In this document: piece by piece, positions 57,160 through 64,000 of the stretch
Layout of the letters: each line of letters opens with the position of its first letter
Numbering within the stretch: the stretch's first letter is position 1
From: an uncultured Dorea sp.
GTDB taxonomy: Bacteria > Bacillota > Clostridia > Lachnospirales > Lachnospiraceae
DNA: 64,000 bases
Reading direction: 5' to 3'
Assembly (NCBI GenBank): GCA_910579925.1
Contig: CAJTVY010000005.1
Coordinates: 16,948 to 80,947, forward strand
Notes under the pieces: generated by a model
What the model saw: the letters and a program-made list of their open reading frames with translations, nothing else
Told to the model about the DNA's origin: nothing
Database searches by the model: none
Program-made: the position numbers and the translations under genes

Positions 57160-59484
57160 TTAATATTTTCGTAATGAATTGAAACTGTGTCCCATATACA
57201 ATACGCGTATGGAATTTAACACACAGAGCATTGCCACGCCCGTGTCTGCAAAGACAGCCATCCACATATTCGCATAGCCAAGGAAGCCTAAGGCCATAAT
57301 CAGAAATTTGACGGCCAGGGCAAATACTACGTTCTGCATAGCAATACGTCCCGTTCTTCTGGCGATTCCTACGGCCTGCGGAATCGCCTCCACCGAGGAT
57401 GTCATAAATACGATGTCGGCAGCCTCAATCGCGGCATCTGCACCGCTTCCCATGGCGGCTCCTACGTCTGCGCCGGCAAGGACGGGCGCATCGTTAATCC
57501 CATCGCCCACAAACAGTACGGGTCCGTGTTTCTTACGGATGTCTTTCAGATGCGTAAGCTTATCCTGCGGCAGAAGCTGGGCGTAAACCTCGTCAATTCC
57601 GGTCTGTCCTGCCACGGCGCCGGCGGTGTCTGCGGCATCTCCCGTCAACATTGCCGTCACAAGATTCTGAGATTTCATCCTCTGTACCGCCCTTCCTGCC
57701 TCTTCCTTGATCACGTCCGCAATCACAAGATATCCGGCCAGTGTCCCGTCAATTGCTACCAGTACCTCCGTCCCATAGGCGTCGCCGCAGTATTTCGACG
57801 TATCTACATGGTACATTTCCAGTAAACTCCTGCTTCCACAGAGTACGGTTCCCTCTGAAAATACGGCCCGGATTCCCTTGCCGGAAATCTCCTCTGTCTG
57901 CTCAGACCTTACAAGTCTTAATCCCCGTTCCCTGGCTTCCGTAACGATACTTGTGCCGATGGGGTGGGTGGAATCCAGTTCACAGTCTGCGGCTATTGTC
58001 AGAATCTGCTTTTCCGTAAGACGGTTCAGAGTCACCACCTTCTGCACCACAAAATTACCTTTAGTGATAGTTCCCGTCTTATCCATGACAACGGCTTTCA
58101 CATCCTTCAGCGCTTCGATGGCAAGCCCTCCTTTGAACAGAATTCCCTGCCTGGATCCTGCACCGATCCCGGAGAAAAACGCAAGGGGTACGCTTAAGAC
58201 CAGCGCACAGGGACAGCTGATGACCAGGAAGGTGATTGCCGTGTAAATCCAGTAATTCCAGTCTCCCGTAATCAGGGACGGCACCACTGCCGACAGCGCT
58301 GCCACCGCCACAACGACAGGCGTGTAGATTCTGGCAAATCTGGTGATAAACCGGTCGATTTTCGGCTTACTGGCCGCCGCATTTTCCACAGAATCAAGGA
58401 TACGCGTCACCATGGACTCGCCCAGAATCTTTGTCACTTGAAGCTTCAATACGCCTGTATCATTGACACAGCCGGAATAGATTTCTTTTCCCGGAAATAC
58501 TTTCACCGGAACCGGTTCTCCTGTAACCGGAGACGTGTCAATCTGGCTCTCTCCCTCTACGATCCTGCCGTCCAGGGGAATACGGTCTCCTGGGCGGATC
58601 AGAATGATATCGCCTGCCTTCGCATCCTTTGCCGGAATCATCCTAACGTCACTGCCATCCACTATGCTTACATTCTCCGGCCGCAGGTCCACCGCCTCCA
58701 TAATCTGGGAACGGCTGCGGCTTACCGCAATGTCCTCAAAGATCTCTCCCACCCGGTAGAACAGCATGACGCCTACGGCTTCTGCAAAATCACCGATGGT
58801 AAACGCCGCCAGCGTTGCCACACTCATCAGAAAATTCTCGTCAAACACATGGCCCTTGGCCAGATTCTTCACTGCCGTCCAGACAATCTCAAGCCCCAGG
58901 ATCATGTATGCCACGATAAACAGAACCGGGGTGATCACGGAATCCGGCATCGCGCGTTCCATAATCTCGCCTGCGATAAACAGCAACGCGCCTGCCGCAG
59001 CCGCTAAGATATCCTTTTTATTCTCTTTAAACGGGCCTTCCTTTTTATGAACAGGGGCGTCCTTGTCACGGGGCGTCACTGTGACCTCAGATTCGATGGA
59101 TGCACAGATTCTTCGGTACTCGGAAAGCAGTGCATCCGGATCGTCCGCCGCAACCGCTAACTGTTTTGTCGCAAATGTGATGGTCGCCATCTTCACTCCC
59201 GGAAGTTCCCGGATCTGCCGCTCCATCTTTGCGGCACAGTTGGCGCAGCCAAGATTATCAAGAATATAGATCCGCTTCGGCACGCCTGCAGGCATGACGG
59301 GAGTATTCCTGGGGCCGGCAGATTCATGATCGTGACCATGATCGTGGTCATGCCCGTGATTGTGGCCGCAGCCGCAGCTATCATGCTCTTCATGGTCATT
59401 TCCACAACTACAATGCTTATGTTCATGATGCTCATGATTAGGATAATCTTTATGATCTATGTCCTTCCTCGCTTTCTCTTCCAT
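57160..59484 (-). CDS. Heavy-metal (Cd/Zn/Co-type) P1B ATPase with a His/Cys-rich tail and an HMA domain
   Basis: The N-terminus is HEHHEHKHCSCGNDHEEHDSCGCGHNHGHDHDHGHDHE, followed by an HMA domain (LGCANCAAKMERQI). Core motifs SCPCAL, DKTGTIT, STHP and GDGINDAP are present. The start is ATG 59484, after AGGAGG with a 9-nt spacer. Confidence 0.9.
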   Translation of the reverse strand: MEEKARKDIDHKDYPNHEHHEHKHCSCGNDHEEHDSCGCGHNHGHDHDHGHDHESAGPRNTPVMPAGVPKRIYILDNLGCANCAAKMERQIRELPGVKMATITFATKQLAVAADDPDALLSEYRRICASIESEVTVTPRDKDAPVHKKEGPFKENKKDILAAAAGALLFIAGEIMERAMPDSVITPVLFIVAYMILGLEIVWTAVKNLAKGHVFDENFLMSVATLAAFTIGDFAEAVGVMLFYRVGEIFEDIAVSRSRSQIMEAVDLRPENVSIVDGSDVRMIPAKDAKAGDIILIRPGDRIPLDGRIVEGESQIDTSPVTGEPVPVKVFPGKEIYSGCVNDTGVLKLQVTKILGESMVTRILDSVENAAASKPKIDRFITRFARIYTPVVVAVAALSAVVPSLITGDWNYWIYTAITFLVISCPCALVLSVPLAFFSGIGAGSRQGILFKGGLAIEALKDVKAVVMDKTGTITKGNFVVQKVVTLNRLTEKQILTIAADCELDSTHPIGTSIVTEARERGLRLVRSEQTEEISGKGIRAVFSEGTVLCGSRSLLEMYHVDTSKYCGDAYGTEVLVAIDGTLAGYLVIADVIKEEAGRAVQRMKSQNLVTAMLTGDAADTAGAVAGQTGIDEVYAQLLPQDKLTHLKDIRKKHGPVLFVGDGINDAPVLAGADVGAAMGSGADAAIEAADIVFMTSSVEAIPQAVGIARRTGRIAMQNVVFALAVKFLIMALGFLGYANMWMAVFADTGVAMLCVLNSIRVLYMGHSFNSLRKY

Positions 59485-59513
59485 TGACAAATTCCTCCTA
59501 AAGTTTATGTTTA

Positions 59514-59541
59514 TCATATGAACAATTATTCATATGTTCAT
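59514..59541. promoter_or_regulatory. Candidate ArsR/SmtB operator upstream of the metal ATPase
   Basis: ATATGAACAATTATTCATAT (59516-59535) has a TGAACA-AT-TATTCA core. It overlaps a perfect ATGAACA (59518-24) / TGTTCAT (59535-41) inverted repeat. It lies 30-57 nt upstream of the ATPase ATG. Confidence 0.55.
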
Positions 59542-59647
59542 AATATAATATAACCACATATCAATAAATTTGTCAATATCCAACAATAATAAAAATCCCG
59601 CCATAGTCCGCTGTCTTTCTGCAGACCCCTGCCGGGATTTTCTGTCT

Positions 59648-60691
59648 TTAATACCCTATGATCTTTATATAATCTTCCGTCTTGTCCCTCATGATACGAA
59701 GACCCTGTTCCAGTTCTTTCAGAGGCAGGCGATGGGTAATCAGCCTGGATGGATCGATCCGCTTCTCCTCAAGCCTCTTCAGAACATAATGCCAGTCATC
59801 CGACTCTTCCCCCGTAAATGAAGAATTCCACGTTCCCTTCACCGTAAGCTGATTGCGCAGAATCTTCCAGTAAACGGATTTTTCCAGCCTCATATCTCCA
59901 AAGGGATTTCCCACCAACATGATCTTTCCGCCAAAAGAAGTCTGGTTCACTGCCTGTATCAGCGTCTCATTCCTGCCCGCACACTCGAAAAACACATCCA
60001 CGCCCACGCCGTCTGTCCGCTCCATCAGCCACTTGTCCCTGTCTCCCTTTCTGACGTCACAGTAAAACTCCTCCTTAAGTCCAAGTTTCATGAGCGTGCG
60101 CTTCTGGAAATCTTTATTTCCGAAAACATAGATATTCCGTACGCCAGCTTCCCTTAGAAACAGAAACAGAAGCAGTCCGATGGCGCCTGCGCCGCAAATC
60201 GCAGCTTTATCACCTGCACTGACCCCGATCCTTTTCATGGCATGGACCGCCACTGCCATCGGTTCCAGCATGGCAGCCTCTTCAAAAGCCATATCTGACG
60301 GCAGTTCGATCAGATTACGGCCAGGAACCGCCACATACTCGGCAAATCCGCCGTCCCGGCGCGAGCCAAGATAACTGTAATTTCTGCACATTTCATACTG
60401 TTTCGTACGGCAGGGAGGGCACTTTTGGCATGGAATCAGCGGAAACACGCCCACCCGCTGTCCTGTCCGCACTTTCTTTTCCGCTGCTTTTACATTCGCC
60501 ACCACGCCGGAAAATTCATGTCCTGGAATTAATGGATGCCGGTAGGCTCCATTCTGATAAATTCTGGGAATATCTGAACCGCAGATACCGACAGACTTTA
60601 CTTCCACCAATACTTCTCCATCCGTCAGTTCCGGCTCTCTGACCGTTTCGAACCTAAGATCGCCTATGCCGTGTAAAACCCATGCCTTCAT
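59648..60691 (-). CDS. tarJ: Zn-dependent medium-chain dehydrogenase, TarJ-like (ribulose-5-phosphate reductase candidate)
   Basis: GICGSDIPRI..PGHEFSGVV (Zn-ADH motifs) and a GAGAIG Rossmann fold. It lies immediately downstream of the cytidylyltransferase gene. The start is ATG 60691, 1 nt after the tarI stop. Confidence 0.7.
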   Translation of the reverse strand: MKAWVLHGIGDLRFETVREPELTDGEVLVEVKSVGICGSDIPRIYQNGAYRHPLIPGHEFSGVVANVKAAEKKVRTGQRVGVFPLIPCQKCPPCRTKQYEMCRNYSYLGSRRDGGFAEYVAVPGRNLIELPSDMAFEEAAMLEPMAVAVHAMKRIGVSAGDKAAICGAGAIGLLLFLFLREAGVRNIYVFGNKDFQKRTLMKLGLKEEFYCDVRKGDRDKWLMERTDGVGVDVFFECAGRNETLIQAVNQTSFGGKIMLVGNPFGDMRLEKSVYWKILRNQLTVKGTWNSSFTGEESDDWHYVLKRLEEKRIDPSRLITHRLPLKELEQGLRIMRDKTEDYIKIIGY

Positions 60692-60692
60692 A

Positions 60693-61424
60693 TCACCCTC
60701 CATACTCTTCCTGTATGATCTTGCGAAACCGTTCCAGATCTTCCTTCGTCGTCACCTTAAAGTTCCTCTCGTCGCCGGGAATCATCGCCACATTAAGTCC
60801 TGCCATGACCGCCGGCTCTGTGGATCCGTTAATATGGAGAATCCGCTCTGGCAGAAGCTTGCGGCAGGCTTCATAATAAGCGCCAAGACGGAATATCTCT
60901 GGCGCCTGTCCGGCATAAATCTCGGCCCGGTTCAGTAATGCAGTAATCTTCTTTCCGTCTGCACTGGAATAGACCGTATCCTTCATCGGAAGCACCGGAA
61001 TGACCCCGTCATATCCGGCTGCCCCCTCGATACAGGCGCTGATCTGACTATCTGTAAGCAGTGGACGGGCTGCATCATGGATGAACACATAGTCATTGTC
61101 TCCGGCGTATTCCCGGATATCCCGAAGACCATTCAGAATAGACAATTGTCTGTTTTCCCCAGGCCTTGAAAATCCTTTGAATTTCCCGCCAAATCCTTCA
61201 TTGGTCAGCCACTTTGAGATCTGTCCCTGCCAGAGAGGATCCGCAACAATCTGGATCCCCTCGATCCCACTGTGGAAAAAAAGCCGTTCTACACTATAGG
61301 AAATAACCGGTCTGCCGCCAACTTCGATATACTGCTTAGGAATGTCCGCACCCACACGTGTGCCCGTACCGCCAGACAATAGCAGCGCAACGACCCGTCC
61401 GTTCTGATTCGCTCTCTCATCCAT
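60693..61424 (-). CDS. tarI: IspD/TarI-family cytidylyltransferase (ribitol-5-phosphate cytidylyltransferase candidate)
   Basis: VALLLSGGTGTRVGADIPKQYIEVGGRPVI..VFIHDAARP. It is paired with an ADH gene, as in tarIJ. Confidence 0.75.
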   Translation of the reverse strand: MDERANQNGRVVALLLSGGTGTRVGADIPKQYIEVGGRPVISYSVERLFFHSGIEGIQIVADPLWQGQISKWLTNEGFGGKFKGFSRPGENRQLSILNGLRDIREYAGDNDYVFIHDAARPLLTDSQISACIEGAAGYDGVIPVLPMKDTVYSSADGKKITALLNRAEIYAGQAPEIFRLGAYYEACRKLLPERILHINGSTEPAVMAGLNVAMIPGDERNFKVTTKEDLERFRKIIQEEYGG

Positions 61425-61425
61425 A

Positions 61426-62658
61426 TCAGTACCTTGCTTCCAGATTCTGAATCAGTTCCAAATTGGCTTTCTCATACTGATTGAACGCTGAATCCGGCAC
61501 TTCCGTAACCTGCGGCGTATACCATGATTTATCTTCAAAATACTCCTTAAGTTCCGGTTTCTTAAAGATATACCCATGGCGGGCATACAACTCATTTCTT
61601 GCCAGAGACAACGTATGGGCATCCAGACCGCTCAATTCGTTCTCGGTGTAATAGCGTGAGTTAATTCCTGGCAGAATGTAATCACCGTCAGATACGCCGG
61701 CATTGGCGTCCTGGGTCTGACTCTGACTCTGGTTCTGCTTCCTGCTTTCCATCCGCTTCCAGTTCTTGATTTCTTTTAAAGTATACCCTCCCCATATACT
61801 GTCCGGGTTCTCTTCCAGAATCACTTCGAACTCTGCTAAATAAGGTTCTCCTTGTGTATCGGGTATCAACTCATTGCTTCCAGAGATTCTGATTTCATCG
61901 TCAGATATCTGTTCAACTCTCTCGATCTTAGAAGTATCTGCCCCATATCCGCCTGTAGGCGTTACCGCTTTAAAGATCACGTTACTGCCGGAATAGGCCG
62001 CCCAGTCAGGATCCAGATCATAATCCTCACAGCCGACAGAGTCTTTCAGATACTGATCTATTACTTTCGTTGAGACGGTCCATTCATGATTCCTTTCCGG
62101 AACGGTCTGACCATTGACAAAGGGAACGTTTTCCGAAAGTGTGCACATTAAAAATGATGACACGAAGGAATCGTCTATGGCAGTATTGTTACTGAGCTGT
62201 CCTCCCTCATTCATCCCGTCTACCCGGCATAACAGATCCAGCAGATCTGTCACTTCCTCTTTCACATCTCCGTTCAGCGCAATCTCTTCCGGATATGCTT
62301 TCTTCTCTGTTTCTGCTGTTTTGGTCTTTTTTGACGACTCCTTTTGTCCCTGTTCTTCGACAGTCTCCTTTTTTACCGCCTCCCCTGGCTTCTGCAATAG
62401 CTTAAGCCCCAGAAAGGCAGCTGCACCGATAATGGCAATGCAGGCCGCCACGCCTGCCAGAATCATCCACTTCTTAGGAGTCCTCCCATCCGCAGGCAGA
62501 CCTGCAGAAACACCGATATCTGCAAAAGACGTATCTTTTGCAACATCCGGCATACCTACCTCAACACCAGATGTATCCGCTTTGTCGACACTGCTGCCAC
62601 AGTATGGACAGAATCTACTGCTATTGTCTATCTCTTTTCCACATTGCACACAGAACAT
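61426..62658 (-). CDS. Zinc-ribbon / TM / YARHG-domain protein
   Basis: MFCVQCGKEI..FCPYCGS is a zinc ribbon. It is followed by one TM (WMILAGVAACIAIIGAAAFLGL) and a C-terminal NELYARHGYIFKKPELKEYF (YARHG domain). The start is ATG 62658. Confidence 0.8.
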   Translation of the reverse strand: MFCVQCGKEIDNSSRFCPYCGSSVDKADTSGVEVGMPDVAKDTSFADIGVSAGLPADGRTPKKWMILAGVAACIAIIGAAAFLGLKLLQKPGEAVKKETVEEQGQKESSKKTKTAETEKKAYPEEIALNGDVKEEVTDLLDLLCRVDGMNEGGQLSNNTAIDDSFVSSFLMCTLSENVPFVNGQTVPERNHEWTVSTKVIDQYLKDSVGCEDYDLDPDWAAYSGSNVIFKAVTPTGGYGADTSKIERVEQISDDEIRISGSNELIPDTQGEPYLAEFEVILEENPDSIWGGYTLKEIKNWKRMESRKQNQSQSQTQDANAGVSDGDYILPGINSRYYTENELSGLDAHTLSLARNELYARHGYIFKKPELKEYFEDKSWYTPQVTEVPDSAFNQYEKANLELIQNLEARY

Positions 62659-62876
62659 TCCCACTTCCCCCGTATATATCTTTCTTCGACCTTTCAGCAA
62701 TCATAGCTGCACACCGCCGGCATCTAAAACAGATGATTTCTGATACCACTTAAATATATTTTTTAGCGGTTTCAAGATTATTGTATCACGCTTTCACCGT
62801 TTACTCAATTCCATTTCCAGGGAAGTCATGGTTTATTTGTGTTTTCCACCCATCCGATGGCTTTGCAGGCAGTTTT

Positions 62877-63866
62877 CTATACTTCCTTCAGAATCTCCCG
62901 GATTATACTCTCAATATCCCTTCCCGTAATCGTAATGTCCTGAATCTCACACCGCTTTGAAACAGCCTCTATCATTCCCATGCTGTCCGCAGTATCGGCA
63001 TCATACTCAAGACACAGGCTGTGGGGCGTCATTGCGGATACCTGTACCCCTTCCATGGTAAATGTTCCCGCTGTGCACCAGGGGTTTACATCCACCTCGA
63101 ACAGAATCTGCTTCTTCCGATTGAAATCCAGCTTTACCTTCTGCATCTGGTCATCCAGAATGACCTTCCCGTGATTAATCAGTACAATCCGCTGGCACAA
63201 AGATTCAATGTCCTGGAAATCATGGCTGGTCACAATGAACGTAGTCTTCTCCTCCACGTTCATATGCCGGATAAATTCCCGGATTTTCGCCTTGGACTCG
63301 GCATCCAGACCAATGGTCGGCTCATCCAGGAACACAATCTTCGGATCATGAAGAAATGCCGCCGCAATATTACAGCGCATCTTCTGCCCAAGAGACAACT
63401 GACGCTCCGGGATTGACAGTAGGGGCGCAAGTCCCATTATCTCCGTAAATTTCTCCAGATTCTCCTGGAATCTCTGTTCCGGTATCTCGTAAAGCTTCTG
63501 GAACAGCCGGTATGATTCGATGACCGGCACGTCCCACCAGAGGATGGATCGATTGCCGAACACTGCCCCGATTCCCTTACTGTTACGAACCCTGTCCTTA
63601 AATGGATCCAGACCGTTAATTCTTACACTCCCTTCCGTCGGTTTCAAGATGCCGCACAGCATCTTGATAGTGGTGGATTTTCCCGAACCATTCGGTCCCA
63701 CATACCCCACGGATTCCCCTGTCTCGATGGAAAAATCCACGCTGTCGACCGCCCGCAGCGCTTCATATTCCGGTGCAAACATCGAACGCAGCGCCTGCCC
63801 AAGTTTCTGGGAATTCTTTCTCCTTTTATATTCTTTCACAAGCTGTCTTACTTCTACCTGACTCAT
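62877..63866 (-). CDS. ABC transporter ATP-binding protein
   Basis: Walker A GPNGSGKST, signature LSLGQKMR, Walker B IVFLDEPT, and an extra ~90-aa C-terminal domain. Confidence 0.9.
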   Translation of the reverse strand: MSQVEVRQLVKEYKRRKNSQKLGQALRSMFAPEYEALRAVDSVDFSIETGESVGYVGPNGSGKSTTIKMLCGILKPTEGSVRINGLDPFKDRVRNSKGIGAVFGNRSILWWDVPVIESYRLFQKLYEIPEQRFQENLEKFTEIMGLAPLLSIPERQLSLGQKMRCNIAAAFLHDPKIVFLDEPTIGLDAESKAKIREFIRHMNVEEKTTFIVTSHDFQDIESLCQRIVLINHGKVILDDQMQKVKLDFNRKKQILFEVDVNPWCTAGTFTMEGVQVSAMTPHSLCLEYDADTADSMGMIEAVSKRCEIQDITITGRDIESIIREILKEV

Positions 63867-64000
63867 AATTCTCTCTCCTGTTATCTGGCGTATGAACCGG
63901 TTTCCCCGTGCTTCTGTTCACCAGACGTGGTTTCTATGAGCCAGACTGCCTCCCTATGCAGTCTGGCCCGCTGTCTTTACCTTATAATAATATTGTCACT

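Noticed and set aside
1-64000. A search by eye for CRISPR arrays, tRNA/rRNA genes and IS elements.
   Set aside because: I saw no regularly spaced direct repeats of 25-40 nt, no cloverleaf-like or rRNA-like non-coding stretches (all gaps are under 310 nt), and no transposase-like ORFs. A computational scan (tRNAscan-SE, Infernal, a CRISPR finder) would be needed to be certain.

Overview
This is a 64-kb chromosomal segment that looks like a mid-GC Firmicute, probably Clostridia/Lachnospiraceae. That assignment is an inference from protein families and AGGAGG-type ribosome-binding sites (RBS). I support about 55 protein-coding genes. More than 90% are on the minus strand and tightly packed. I saw no rRNA, tRNA, CRISPR array or IS/transposon.

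Most of the window is housekeeping or ordinary accessory metabolism:
- Amino-acid and cofactor synthesis: thrC-leuCD, nadABC-niaR, dapF, proC plus an ornithine cyclodeaminase.
- Iron uptake: feoAB with a Fur box.
- DNA repair, translation factors and cell envelope: addAB, hflX, tarIJ.
- Metal resistance: two P-type metal ATPases flanking an ArsR/SmtB repressor.
- Two methyl-accepting chemotaxis proteins.
- A PucR/DUF917/hydantoinase cluster.

The stand-out region is about 16.7-28.0 kb. It is a ten-gene, tightly coupled type VIIb (Ess/Yuk-like) secretion operon. It has its own sigma-A-like promoter, upstream direct repeats and a ~160-nt leader.
- Core machinery: a truncated 'mini-EsaA', a WXG100 protein, a tail-anchored protein in the EssA position, EsaB/YukD, EssB/YukC and EssC.
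- Cargo: a single Lap-like helper, an LXG-like polymorphic toxin with a papain-fold Cys/His C-terminal domain, an exported candidate immunity protein, and an 84-aa helical protein.

Type VIIb systems are a known class. What deserves follow-up is the reduced architecture, the uncharacterised toxin/immunity pair, and a [F/Y]xEFD motif shared by the WXG100 protein and the helper. An orphan serine recombinase sits one gene away.

All family calls come from reading the translated ORFs. No database search was run. Several start codons were re-picked from RBS context, because the ORF track extends to the first possible ATG/GTG/TTG.
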